Source: Minisyncoccota bacterium
GTDB taxonomy: Bacteria > Patescibacteriota > Minisyncoccia > Phycocordibacterales > Phycocordibacteraceae
DNA length: 64,000 nt
Reading direction: 5' to 3'
NCBI GenBank assembly: GCA_035548315.1
Contig: DASZTF010000148.1
Span: forward strand, 21,292 to 85,291
Shown: positions 31,468 to 41,463 of the stretch, piece after piece
Numbering within the stretch: the first letter of the stretch is position 1
How the letters are laid out: every line of letters begins with the position of its first letter
Translations under genes and position numbers: made by a program
Notes under the pieces: model-generated
Seen by the model: only the letters and a program-made list of their open reading frames with translations
Database searches by the model: none
What the model was told of the DNA's origin: nothing

Positions 31468-32181
31468 ATGTTCACCTACCTAGGGCTCGGCGCAGTGATC
31501 ATCCTCATCGCCTCTCTCGTATCTCAGCGCATGCGCAGGAAGCGCTTCTATATTGTGCGTCACGGACAGACCCTCCTCAACGCCGCACACATAAAACAGG
31601 GGGCCGACGGTGCCCTCTCGGAGGAAGGAAAAGAGCAGGCGCGCCGCATCGGGCTCTTTCTCGGGCGCTTTGGTATCGACGCCATTTACGCGAGCCCCTT
31701 CGAGCGCGCAAAGGAGACGGCGGCAATCATCGCGGAGTACCTCAAGGTGCCGGTCGCGTACTCGGACCTCCTGCGCGAGCGGGCGAACCCCAGTGAAGTA
31801 CTCGGTAAAAGTACCCACGACCCCGACGTCGAGCGCATCATCGACCGCATCGACCTTTCCTACCATGACGACGAGTACCGCTACGCGGACGAAGAGAACT
31901 TTCTCGACCTTAAGGAACGCGCACTCGCATGCCTTACCTACCTCGCTTCCCGACCCGAGCAAGAAATATGCGTCATTACGCACCACGCATTTCTTAAAAT
32001 GCTTCTCGCCTGCATGCTCTACCCCGACGCACTCCACGCAAGCGACTTTGTGAAGCTCTCGTTCTTTAACCAGTCCGATAACGGCGGCACCAGCATTTGC
32101 GAGTACAATCCTTTGCGCAGGCTGTTTAGCAAAAAGCGCGGGTGGCGGGTACTTTCGTATAACGAGCAGCTGGGGCAGTGA
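31468..32181 (+). CDS. Histidine phosphatase (phosphoglycerate mutase family), N-terminally anchored
   Basis: RHG motif (IVRHGQT), …SPFERAKETA…. Confidence 0.7.
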   Translation: MFTYLGLGAVIILIASLVSQRMRRKRFYIVRHGQTLLNAAHIKQGADGALSEEGKEQARRIGLFLGRFGIDAIYASPFERAKETAAIIAEYLKVPVAYSDLLRERANPSEVLGKSTHDPDVERIIDRIDLSYHDDEYRYADEENFLDLKERALACLTYLASRPEQEICVITHHAFLKMLLACMLYPDALHASDFVKLSFFNQSDNGGTSICEYNPLRRLFSKKRGWRVLSYNEQLGQ

Positions 32182-32200
32182 TGCTCATGCATTCTCCATC

Positions 32201-32641
32201 ATGGCGCCGTATACTGACTGGATGACCGCACCTGACCAGCGCGTATCTCGCCGACTCCGGGCGCGCATGCAGATATTTCTCGCCATTGGTGCAGTGATCC
32301 TCGCGTTCATTGCGCACGATGTGTTCGATCGTGTCCTTCCCTTCTGGCTCGCTGCGGTAGCGCTTTTGATCGGCGGCGCGCTCGGATACGTACTTGGTCG
32401 CATCCGCACCGTGAAGCGCCACGAGACCACGAATGAGATCGTCTCTGAAATGGATCTCATTGGTGGCGCGGCTATCGCCGCGTACGTGGTGTTCGACCTT
32501 TCGCGGGAATGGATCTTCGGTCACTTTATCCAGGGCCCTGCCCTTTCAGCGTTCACGCTCGCGATCCTCTCGGGCGCACTCTTCGGCCGCTTTTTCGGCC
32601 TGCGCGTCTCGATCAACCGTATCCTCGCAAGCGGCGGATAA
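32201..32641 (+). CDS. Integral membrane protein, hypothetical
   Basis: 4 TM helices. Confidence 0.45.
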   Translation: MAPYTDWMTAPDQRVSRRLRARMQIFLAIGAVILAFIAHDVFDRVLPFWLAAVALLIGGALGYVLGRIRTVKRHETTNEIVSEMDLIGGAAIAAYVVFDLSREWIFGHFIQGPALSAFTLAILSGALFGRFFGLRVSINRILASGG

Positions 32642-33061
32642 TTATTTGAGAAAAAGGTACACGCCGATCGGCGCGCACCAGGTGACCCAGTCGGCCACAG
32701 CCTTCTGCCAGTGCTGGCGGTAGTGATGCCGCTGGTAGAAAAATTCCTGATACGTGATGAGGAGCGTGACGATGCCGAGCACGATACTGAGCACCACTTC
32801 GCTGTCAAAAAAGTACGACGCAAGCAGTGCGGCACCATAAATGACCGCGAGCGAACCGATGAGATGGAAGAGCTGGCGGTACGTCGCGAATTTATACCCA
32901 TATGCACCGGGTCCGTAGCGCCGCGCGGCGCGGCGCAGTTCCATATCCGCTGAGCGCACCCCACGCACCCATTGTCCCTGCACTTCATTTGCGAAGGGAT
33001 AGAGTCGATTCGGCAGCACGATAAAGAAGTGGTAGAGCGCGGGCGGTGCTTTCCGTGCCAT
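32642..33061 (-). CDS. Integral membrane protein, hypothetical
   Basis: 3-4 TM helices. Confidence 0.45.
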   Translation of the reverse strand: MARKAPPALYHFFIVLPNRLYPFANEVQGQWVRGVRSADMELRRAARRYGPGAYGYKFATYRQLFHLIGSLAVIYGAALLASYFFDSEVVLSIVLGIVTLLITYQEFFYQRHHYRQHWQKAVADWVTWCAPIGVYLFLK

Positions 33062-33078
33062 GCGGCAAGTATAGCGCG

Positions 33079-34224
33079 CTAGCGTACCGACTTGGCGACC
33101 GCCTTCACCACGCGCTTGTCGAGGAGGTCGGGGATGATTTTGGACGCGGTGGGGCGCGGGACGAGCGCCGCGAGCGCCTTTGCCGCGCGCAGCTTGGTCT
33201 CTTCAGTGATTTGCTTCACACCCTTATCGAGCGCGCCGCGGAAGATACCCGGGTACACGAGCGCGTTATTAAGCTGATTGGGGAAATCGGAGCGGCCGGT
33301 AGCGATCACCGCTGCTCCGCCCTTCTTTGCTTCCTCCGGCATGATTTCTGGGACAGGATTTGCGAGCGCAAACACGATCGCACCCTTGGGCATGCTCGCG
33401 ATATCAGCCGCAGTCACAGTACCAGGGCCTGATACGCCGATAAACACATCTGCTCCCTTGAGCGCTGTACTGATATGACCTTCAAGTTGTGGCGGGTTCG
33501 TAAACGACGCCAATTCTTTCTTATGCGGCGCAAGATTCGGGCGCTTCTTGTAAATCGCGCCCTCGCGATCGAATACGATGACGTGCCTGTTCCCCGCTGC
33601 GTAAAGGAGCTTGGCAATCGCGACTCCCGCCGCGCCAGCGCCCGATATCACGATGCGCATCTTCTTCCAATCTTTTTTCACGACCTTCGCTGCGTTCATG
33701 AGTCCCGCAAGCACCACCACCGCGGTGCCATGCTGATCGTCGTGCATCACCGGGATGCCGATATCTTGAAGCGCCGCTTCGATGGCGAAGCACCGTGGAG
33801 CAGAGATGTCCTCGAGGTTGATGCCACCCCATCCCGGCGCAATCGCTTTAACTGTGCGAATAATTTCTTCGGTATCTTGGGTATTCAGTACGATGGGCCA
33901 CGCATCGATATTCGCCATCTCCTTAAATATGAGCGCCTTCCCTTCCATCACCGGAAGCGCGCCGTAGGGACCAATATTACCGAGACCGAGCACCGCAGAG
34001 CCATCGGAGATCACCGCTACTGAGTTCTTCTTCACGCTCATTGCGCGCGCGTCTTTTGGATTCTTAGCAAGATGCGTCGCTGCAGTCCCCACGCCCGGCG
34101 TGTACCAGAGCGAGAAGTCTTTGCGGCCGGCGAGCTTGGTGCGTGCCTTGGTCTCTATCCGCGCCCCTTGTTTCTTATATATAGTGACAATCTTCTTCGC
34201 ATCCGTGCGCGCGTCCTTTTTCAT
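33079..34224 (-). CDS. NAD(P)-dependent malic enzyme (short prokaryotic type)
   Basis: …YTPGVGTAATHLAKNP…VISDGSAVLGLGNIGPYGALPVMEGKALIFK…; start at MKKDARTD (34224). Confidence 0.85.
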   Translation of the reverse strand: MKKDARTDAKKIVTIYKKQGARIETKARTKLAGRKDFSLWYTPGVGTAATHLAKNPKDARAMSVKKNSVAVISDGSAVLGLGNIGPYGALPVMEGKALIFKEMANIDAWPIVLNTQDTEEIIRTVKAIAPGWGGINLEDISAPRCFAIEAALQDIGIPVMHDDQHGTAVVVLAGLMNAAKVVKKDWKKMRIVISGAGAAGVAIAKLLYAAGNRHVIVFDREGAIYKKRPNLAPHKKELASFTNPPQLEGHISTALKGADVFIGVSGPGTVTAADIASMPKGAIVFALANPVPEIMPEEAKKGGAAVIATGRSDFPNQLNNALVYPGIFRGALDKGVKQITEETKLRAAKALAALVPRPTASKIIPDLLDKRVVKAVAKSVR

Positions 34225-34245
34225 CTGGCCAAGTATACTAGGCCC

Positions 34246-36453
34246 ATGCAGGAACGCGACCTTGTGGAAAAGCACTTCACCCGGCTGCGAGGGGACCAGA
34301 AGAAGGCGCTCAGCCGCTTGGGTATCAAGACGGTCCGTGACTTGCTCTACCACTTCCCCCACCGATACGAAGCATCGGGACCAACGGGTACCATCGCAGG
34401 CGCCGCAGCGGGTACCGAAGTCACGCTCTACGGCACCGTGCGCAAACCAGATGTGCGAAAGGCATGGAAGTCACGCCGCCCGATCGCCGAGGCGTGGCTT
34501 GAAGACGCGTCGGGTCGCATGAAGATGATGTGGTTCAACCAACCGTACATCGCGAAGACGCTCCACGACGGTATGGTCGTACGGGTGACCGGCCGCGTAT
34601 CGGGAGAGGGCGCGAAAGCGTATCTCGCCAATCCACAAATTGACCGTAGCGAAGTGCTGCCCGACGATGTGCACCAGAGTCTCTTTGTGTCCAACCCCGA
34701 CTCACCCGACGCACCTGGAATGTTCCCGATTTACTCCGAGAGCCGCGGCATTTCGTCGCTATGGCTCCACCATGCGGTAAAGCGCGTGCTCGAGAGCGGC
34801 ATCCAGGAACAGCTCGCCGATCCCATTCCGCACGACGTACTCGAGAAATATAATCTGCCCTCGCTCGCGACTGCGATTGTATGGATACACTTGCCCAAGA
34901 AGCAGGACGATGCTGATGCGGCGCGCAAGCGGTTCGCATTCGAGGAAGTATTCGGCATCCAGCTCGGCATGGCGCGCAGGAAGCGCGAGACACAAGGAGA
35001 ACGCGCGCTCCCCGTAGCGGTGGATCGCCGCGTGCTGGCGGACTTCGTTGCGTCGTTCCCCTTCCCTGCGACCGCGGCACAGCAGCGCTCGATCGAATCC
35101 ATCGTGGCTGATTTTGAGAAACCGCATCCGATGACGCGCCTCCTTGAGGGCGATGTGGGGAGCGGCAAGACTGCGGTCGCTGCTGCGACCGCATACCTCG
35201 TCGCCCTGTCGCGCCCCCTCGTGAAGGGTGCCGAGCCCGGCGCCGCGGGCATCCTGCAGCGCCGCCAAGCGGGTAATCTCCAGGTGGCGTATATGTGCCC
35301 GACGGAAATCCTCGCGAAACAGCACTTTTCGACATTCGTCTCCTATTTCAAAGATCACCCAATACAAATTGGACTCATTACGGGGTCAGAGACGCGCAAG
35401 TTCCCGAGCAAGATCCGTAAAGAAGAATCCACGCACATTTCTCGTGCGCAATTTAAAAAGTGGGTGAAGAACGGCGAGATCCCGATCGTGATCGGCACCC
35501 ACGCACTCATTCAAAAGTCGCTTGAGTTCCAGAACCTCGCGTACGTCATCATCGACGAGCAGCATCGGTTCGGGAAAGTGCACCGCCAGTCGCTGGTGCG
35601 CAAGGGGGACGTCACGCCGCACCTTCTTTCCATGACCGCGACCCCGATCCCACGCACGCTCGCGCTCACCATCTATGGCGACCTCGATATCTCCCTGCTT
35701 GATGAGATGCCGGCCGGGAGAAAGCCCGTCATCACCGAAGTGCTCGGTCCCGAGAAACGCGAGAAAGCATACGAGCGCGTGCGCGCAGAAATGAAAGCAG
35801 GTCACCAGGCGTATGTGATCTGCCCGCGTATTGATGAGCCAGATCCTTCAAAGGAACTCGCGCTCCAAGCAAAGTCAGTGAAAGCAGAAGCGGCGCGACT
35901 CAAGAAAGAAGTATTCCCGAACGCATCCATCGGCATCCTCCACAGCAAGATGAAGCCACAGGAAAAGGAAACGGTGATGGCAGATTTTGCCGCGGGTAAA
36001 GTCGACATTCTCGTAGCGACGTCGGTCGTAGAAGTCGGTGTGAACGTGCCCAACGCCACGGTGATCCTCATCGAGGGCGCAGAACGCTTCGGTCTCTCGC
36101 AGCTCCATCAGCTACGCGGGCGTGTGATCCGCTCCACGCACCAGGCGTACTGCTTTGCGCTCCCTGAGTCATACGGGCAAGCGACCAAAGACCGCCTCAA
36201 AGCGCTCGTCACGGCGAAAAACGGCTTTGAGCTTTCCGAGTACGACCTCGCGCTGCGCGGCGCAGGAGAACTCTACGGCGCACGCCAGTGGGGCGTCTCC
36301 GACATCGCGATGGAAGCCCTCAAGAACATCAAGATGGTCGAGGCCGCACGCACCGAGGCGCAGAAGCTCATTACGCAGGATCCGAGCCTCGCCCACTACC
36401 CGCTTCTGCGCGAGCTCTCGCAGCGCGCAGAACAGGAAGTGCACCCGGAATAG
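34246..36453 (+). CDS. recG: ATP-dependent DNA helicase RecG
   Basis: Wedge domain, helicase motifs (GDVGSGKT; DEQHRFG); start at MQERDL (34246), 22 bp from the divergent malic enzyme start. Confidence 0.88.
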   Translation: MQERDLVEKHFTRLRGDQKKALSRLGIKTVRDLLYHFPHRYEASGPTGTIAGAAAGTEVTLYGTVRKPDVRKAWKSRRPIAEAWLEDASGRMKMMWFNQPYIAKTLHDGMVVRVTGRVSGEGAKAYLANPQIDRSEVLPDDVHQSLFVSNPDSPDAPGMFPIYSESRGISSLWLHHAVKRVLESGIQEQLADPIPHDVLEKYNLPSLATAIVWIHLPKKQDDADAARKRFAFEEVFGIQLGMARRKRETQGERALPVAVDRRVLADFVASFPFPATAAQQRSIESIVADFEKPHPMTRLLEGDVGSGKTAVAAATAYLVALSRPLVKGAEPGAAGILQRRQAGNLQVAYMCPTEILAKQHFSTFVSYFKDHPIQIGLITGSETRKFPSKIRKEESTHISRAQFKKWVKNGEIPIVIGTHALIQKSLEFQNLAYVIIDEQHRFGKVHRQSLVRKGDVTPHLLSMTATPIPRTLALTIYGDLDISLLDEMPAGRKPVITEVLGPEKREKAYERVRAEMKAGHQAYVICPRIDEPDPSKELALQAKSVKAEAARLKKEVFPNASIGILHSKMKPQEKETVMADFAAGKVDILVATSVVEVGVNVPNATVILIEGAERFGLSQLHQLRGRVIRSTHQAYCFALPESYGQATKDRLKALVTAKNGFELSEYDLALRGAGELYGARQWGVSDIAMEALKNIKMVEAARTEAQKLITQDPSLAHYPLLRELSQRAEQEVHPE

Positions 36454-37998
36454 TTATTTATTTTTCTTACCACCGCCCGAACCGTCCTTAGCAACGGTGA
36501 ATGTAAGCGCGTTGCTCATCGATACACCATCAAACACATGGAGGGTGTGCGTGCCTTGCTTAAGTGTATGCGACTGCGCATTCTTCGCGTCCCAAGAGAC
36601 CTGGTAGGTAACGGTGCTGCCGTCAGCGCTCGGCGTCTCATATGCGTTCACGCCACCTCCGTCGATCATGACGATCACTTGCCCCTGCGCATCGTGCGCT
36701 GCGAAGCTGCCTTTGATCGTGAGCGTTACCGGATCACCATAGGTGAAATTGGATGGCGTCACCGAGGTAATAGTCGGGCTGTCGGTCGGTTTGAGGCCGA
36801 AGAGTACCGCGGTCATATTCCCCGCCTTGAGCGCATCGATGAATTGATCGGGGTAATCACCGTGCACCATGTCGGCGGGCGGCGTTACGGTCGTCCATTC
36901 GCCACAACTGTACATCACCCAGGTACCGGAGTTAGTCGGTGGTGGTTCAAAGGGTGCAGCACAATCACCGCCCGCCGCCTTCAATTTCGCTGCGCTGTCT
37001 TCATAGGAAGCTTTCGTGGCAGCGTCCATGGTGGCGGTGTTCTGCCATGCTTCAAAGCGCGTACGGCCGAGCTCCTTGGTCTGGTAGTACCGTTCGAAGT
37101 GGTGATTATCATCGCTCGTCACGTCGTTCGTCACCAACGTCTGGAGCGGTGGCGTCTTCGTGCCGTCGGGGCGCGTGTAGGAATAGGACGTGATCTTCCA
37201 GGCATTCGCATCCATTTTATAGTCGCTCGGCGCTGGACACGGGCCCGGGTTGTAGACCTTATCGAAAGACGTGTCCTCCGTACCGGACGATTGTGTGAGC
37301 GCATCAATACTCACGCGGATTTGCGCGTTCATGAGTCCCATGAGGTCATTCGGGACACCTCCCCGAGCGTCGCTGCAGGCAGATGAGATGCGGAAAGTCG
37401 GGCCGTTCCCGTCGATCGTGGAGTACGTCGCAATCGTCGTCGACGATTGAATATATATGTTGCTCACGCCATCGCTCAAGTCGAGCACGTTCGGTAAGTA
37501 GCCGGTCTTCTTCCCGTTGTCGTTCCCGTAGTTATCCTTGATTTTTATCGCAATAACTCCGACAGAGGTTCCGGTATCGACCGGAATCTCGTCGAGCCGG
37601 AGCGTATCGCCGCTACTACGCGGGTTCTCTTTGTGGTACGGAAGTCGCTCGCCCGGGAGAAGATCGCGGTGTGCGACGCAGTTGGGATTTCCATCGATCG
37701 GTGAGACATCCATCATGACATTCCCATTCTTATCGAGACACACGTCCTGGATGAAGTAATCCATCATTGCCTGCCAGGGCGTACGATTGTCGATATACGC
37801 GGTCTCCAGAGTGGTCGAGCCGGTACCAGAAAGTCCTGGGATTCCTGGAAGCGCCGGCACGAGTCCTGGAGCAGTGGTCCGCAGAATGGCGTACGCACCA
37901 ATAGCGAGCAAGATAATAATGACGACCACACCAGCGATCATGCGCCAGTGCGGAAATCGAGAAGTAATGGGTGTTGGTGAGGGGGTTGAGGGTTCCAT
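36454..37998 (-). CDS. Membrane-anchored extracytoplasmic protein (514 aa), hypothetical
   Basis: TM anchor, multiple Cys, C-terminal Ig-like (IPT/TIG-like) domain, Gly/Lys tail. Confidence 0.5.
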   Translation of the reverse strand: MEPSTPSPTPITSRFPHWRMIAGVVVIIILLAIGAYAILRTTAPGLVPALPGIPGLSGTGSTTLETAYIDNRTPWQAMMDYFIQDVCLDKNGNVMMDVSPIDGNPNCVAHRDLLPGERLPYHKENPRSSGDTLRLDEIPVDTGTSVGVIAIKIKDNYGNDNGKKTGYLPNVLDLSDGVSNIYIQSSTTIATYSTIDGNGPTFRISSACSDARGGVPNDLMGLMNAQIRVSIDALTQSSGTEDTSFDKVYNPGPCPAPSDYKMDANAWKITSYSYTRPDGTKTPPLQTLVTNDVTSDDNHHFERYYQTKELGRTRFEAWQNTATMDAATKASYEDSAAKLKAAGGDCAAPFEPPPTNSGTWVMYSCGEWTTVTPPADMVHGDYPDQFIDALKAGNMTAVLFGLKPTDSPTITSVTPSNFTYGDPVTLTIKGSFAAHDAQGQVIVMIDGGGVNAYETPSADGSTVTYQVSWDAKNAQSHTLKQGTHTLHVFDGVSMSNALTFTVAKDGSGGGKKNK

Positions 37999-38069
37999 AT
38001 TCCCCCAGTATACGCCGCATTCGGGTCTTCATTTGCGACATAGGCGTATTCGGGTATAGTCGAGACACG

Positions 38070-38909
38070 ATGGTTCGTAAAATCTTCCAGATTCTGGTCT
38101 ACCTCTTCGCCGCAATCGGCTTTGTGCTCGTCGTCGGCTACTTCGCCGTGAAGTACGGCCTCACCAATACCACCGGCATCATCGATGAGCAGCGCCAGAG
38201 TTTCCTGTCGGCGACTTCCACCACCACCCAGATCGCTGCCGCAGACATCACCACCATCCTCCCGTGGACCGAGACGGAAGAGTGGCAGACGCTCGATGTG
38301 GCGATCCGCAAGGACGGTGACGCCGTGAATCGCGCCGCCGTTGATTCGGGCGTGCCTGCGCGCCTCATCATTTCCAACCTCGTCGCAGAGCAGCTCCGGC
38401 TCTTCTTCAGCGACCGCGAAGACTACAAGCAGTTCTTCCTCCCGCTCAAGATTCTCGGCAGCCAGACACAGTTCTCCTGGGGCATCATGGGTATGAAGGA
38501 AGACACCGCGATTCAGGTGGAGAATAATTTGAAAGATCCGTCCTCGCCCTACTATCCCGGCGACGCGTATGCGCATCTTTTGGACTACCCTGCCGGTACA
38601 ACCGACGTCACCCAGGCGCGCTACGTGCGGCTCACCGACCAGCACAATCACTACTGGAGTTACGTGTACGCGGGGCTCTATATAAAGGAAGTCGAGGCGC
38701 AGTGGGACCACGCTGGATTCCCTATCGCCGATAAGCCCGCGATCGTGTCCACGCTCTTCAACATCGGCTTTGCGCACTCGATGCCGAACGCAGCGCCGCA
38801 GGTAGGCGGCGCTGCCATCACGGTGGGCGGTATCGATTACAGCTTCGGCGGCCTCGCGGGCGACTTCTACACCTCCGACGTCCTCACCGACCTCTTCCCC
38901 CGTTCGTAA
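38070..38909 (+). CDS. Membrane-anchored extracytoplasmic protein (279 aa), hypothetical
   Basis: MVRKIFQILVYLFAAIGFVLVVGYFAV anchor. Confidence 0.5.
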   Translation: MVRKIFQILVYLFAAIGFVLVVGYFAVKYGLTNTTGIIDEQRQSFLSATSTTTQIAAADITTILPWTETEEWQTLDVAIRKDGDAVNRAAVDSGVPARLIISNLVAEQLRLFFSDREDYKQFFLPLKILGSQTQFSWGIMGMKEDTAIQVENNLKDPSSPYYPGDAYAHLLDYPAGTTDVTQARYVRLTDQHNHYWSYVYAGLYIKEVEAQWDHAGFPIADKPAIVSTLFNIGFAHSMPNAAPQVGGAAITVGGIDYSFGGLAGDFYTSDVLTDLFPRS

Positions 38910-38931
38910 CGCGCGCCTGTATAATCAGGCT

Positions 38932-40224
38932 ATGAGTCCGTCGCCAGAATCTGCGTCAACACATGACGGGCGTAGTCCACATGAACGCGAGCACGCGCTC
39001 ACCCTATTTCCTCAAGCCGATGCCCTGCTCGAGCACTACAAAGAAACGGGTGCTGGTGCCCATGAACTCGAAGTTATGCGAGACGTGCTCTACAGCTATC
39101 TCGATCGCGCCGTAGAAAACATGCGCATATTCCGCTCAACGAGCGGCCTTGAATTCCCCTATACGTCAGTGAGCTTACAGGATCTGGCCACCGCAGTGTT
39201 TCTCGCACACGGAGGGACACGGACTCCTACGGTCCCGAACGAGCACCATCGCGAGAAGACGACGCGGGAGTTTCTCATGACCGGCTACCCGGTGACGTCC
39301 CAGATGGGCGGGCCGTTTGAGTTCGCAGAGATGCCGATACACACGCTTGTCGCACAGCTGCCGCACGCGCTCGAAGCCTTGAAACGGGGCGAAGACGTCG
39401 CGGACGCATCGATCTACACGCTCGGCTACCCCACCAATGAATTCGGAGCTATCCCCGCGCCAGCGCTCGAGGCGTTCAAGCAGGACCCCATCGATGCGCT
39501 CGGCTCGGCGTATGAGGAATGCATCCAGCAGGAACTCGAACGAGGGAAAGCACTCGGTGCAGAACCCGAGCACGTGACGCTCACCGGCGTATCGACCGGT
39601 GCAAGCGCAGCAGTGAATACCGCAAGCAAGCTCGTTGAGCGAGGCGCCCTTTCCCAGAACGTTGATGCGAAGCCCCACCTGACCGTCACTCTCTACGCCC
39701 CCGTCGGCATACGAAACCTGAACGAAGGAGCGCTACGCGTACCACAAATGACTGCGGGCTTTGCGGGAGAGATCGCATACCAGTCGCTCACCAATCCCGA
39801 TGCGAGCTCCGTAGTCAGGCAGCAGTCTGCATTCTCTGAAGCGCTTAAGGAGAAAGTCGCTCGCCGTATGCCGGTGCAGATGAACACAGAGCACGCAGCA
39901 GCCAAGCGCGCAGCTCTCATCGCGCTCGGGCAGGCGCTCCTCACGGGAGCGCCCGTTCCGAGCACGATAAAAGTTACCGAAGTGATCGGCCTTGATGACC
40001 CGCTGATCTATTCGAAAGAACGCAAGGACGGCTCATTGGCCCGCACGAAGCAGATGCGGATTGAGCGCGGCGCGTTCGGACCGCTCCAAGGCAAGGTCCT
40101 CCCCCGCTCCGCTCCAAACGAGCGTGTGTTCGGGCTCCCCATGTCGCACACGCTGCCGTTTTACCGCACAAGCGAGTTCAGCCGCTTTGACCGCGTTGTA
40201 GAAGCGGTTGACGCACTTTCCTAG
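38932..40224 (+). CDS. Hypothetical cytoplasmic protein (430 aa) with GXSXG nucleophile-elbow-like motif
   Basis: …HVTLTGVSTGASAAV… could be an alpha/beta hydrolase or patatin-like active site; no signal peptide. Confidence 0.45.
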   Translation: MSPSPESASTHDGRSPHEREHALTLFPQADALLEHYKETGAGAHELEVMRDVLYSYLDRAVENMRIFRSTSGLEFPYTSVSLQDLATAVFLAHGGTRTPTVPNEHHREKTTREFLMTGYPVTSQMGGPFEFAEMPIHTLVAQLPHALEALKRGEDVADASIYTLGYPTNEFGAIPAPALEAFKQDPIDALGSAYEECIQQELERGKALGAEPEHVTLTGVSTGASAAVNTASKLVERGALSQNVDAKPHLTVTLYAPVGIRNLNEGALRVPQMTAGFAGEIAYQSLTNPDASSVVRQQSAFSEALKEKVARRMPVQMNTEHAAAKRAALIALGQALLTGAPVPSTIKVTEVIGLDDPLIYSKERKDGSLARTKQMRIERGAFGPLQGKVLPRSAPNERVFGLPMSHTLPFYRTSEFSRFDRVVEAVDALS

Positions 40225-40298
40225 TCCATCCGCTTGGACTCGAACCAAGAACCGCCGAGGTATAAGCTCGGTGCTCTAACCAATTGAGCTACGGATGG
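40225..40298 (-). tRNA. tRNA-Ile with anticodon UAU
   Basis: Acceptor CCATCCG/CGGATGG, D-stem GCTC/GAGC, anticodon stem CCGAG/CTCGG, loop CTTATAC, T-loop TTCGAGT. Confidence 0.7.
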
Positions 40299-40397
40299 GT
40301 ACTCCGTAAATCTACACCGTTTGTCCCCCTCCCGCGAGCGTGGTAGCGTGCGGCCAGAGCTACCCGAACGTCGGGATAGCAACCAGCGGAGAAACCA

Positions 40398-41351
40398 ATG
40401 GCAGACCTTTCTTCTTTGCGCCGTACGGTGCGGGGGATCGAGTTCCCCTACCCGGTCATGATCGCCGGCGGCGTCGTAAAGACAGCGGAGCAAGTCCGCA
40501 GATATGCCCCGACAGAGATCATACCTGAATGGGGATCGATCGAATCTGAGCCATCGAGCGGCAACGGCGGTCGTGATTATCACGCCGAATATGCTGAGGT
40601 GCCGGGCGGTGGAAGAGTCCTCATGCGGACCCAGAACTCGCTCGGCCTCCCGAACCCCGGCATGAAGTACGTGGAGCAGCACGCGCCGGACCTGATCAAG
40701 CTCTACGCCGACAACGGCAAGCCGCTTGCGATCAACGTGTCGGGCAAGAGTGTCGAGGATGTCGTGACGCTCGTCGGGCGCGCTATCACCTGCGGGTTCC
40801 GCTTCATCATCGTGAACGGCTCGTGTCCGAACAGGGTCGTGAAGGGAATGCCGAGCGCACCCATCTGCGTGGACCGCGATTCGATTATTCCGGTCTTTGA
40901 TCTGCTCCAGCGGCGCTTCAGCGGCACGGATGCTCTGGTCCTCTGGAAGGTGTCGGTGGGTCTGCCGCGACCAATCCTCGAGTTCAACTGCGAGATGGTC
41001 CGGCACTCTCCCGTGTTCGGCGGCATGGTTACGGGCAATACGTTCCCGAGCACGCTCGACTACGACGCCTTTTACGAGACGACGATCCTGACCGAGAACA
41101 AGATCGATCGCGGCGGCATGGCTGGTCCGGCGATTCGGCCGATCGCCCTCGACAACACCAACTTCTGCTCGCAGCAGCTCGCGAGCTGCGGGAAGATAGT
41201 GTTCGGGTGTGGGGGTGCGCAAGATGCACACACGATCAGGAAGTTCCTGCTCGCAGGTGCCGCAATCGTGCAGATGCACAGCGCATTCCGCGAAGCGAAC
41301 GAAGATCCGACCTTCGTCCGTGATATCCTCGCCGAGTTGGCGCAGGATTGA
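40398..41351 (+). CDS. pyrD: Dihydroorotate dehydrogenase (class 1-like)
   Basis: …LPNPGMKY… and FIIVNGSCPN (N-x-S-C-P-N active-site loop). Confidence 0.8.
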   Translation: MADLSSLRRTVRGIEFPYPVMIAGGVVKTAEQVRRYAPTEIIPEWGSIESEPSSGNGGRDYHAEYAEVPGGGRVLMRTQNSLGLPNPGMKYVEQHAPDLIKLYADNGKPLAINVSGKSVEDVVTLVGRAITCGFRFIIVNGSCPNRVVKGMPSAPICVDRDSIIPVFDLLQRRFSGTDALVLWKVSVGLPRPILEFNCEMVRHSPVFGGMVTGNTFPSTLDYDAFYETTILTENKIDRGGMAGPAIRPIALDNTNFCSQQLASCGKIVFGCGGAQDAHTIRKFLLAGAAIVQMHSAFREANEDPTFVRDILAELAQD

Positions 41352-41364
41352 AGTACTGACGTGC

Positions 41365-41401
41365 ACGGGCGGCCCGAAACGGCCGCCCGTGTTTCTTTTT
41401 A
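41365..41401 (+). terminator. Rho-independent terminator after pyrD
   Basis: cacgggcggcc-cgaaac-ggccgcccgtg followed by tttcttttt. Confidence 0.55.
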
Positions 41402-41463
41402 CTCCTCCGTGGTAGAGTGCGCCCGGGTCAACAGATCCGTTTGAAACCAAGAGGGCTATCGAA

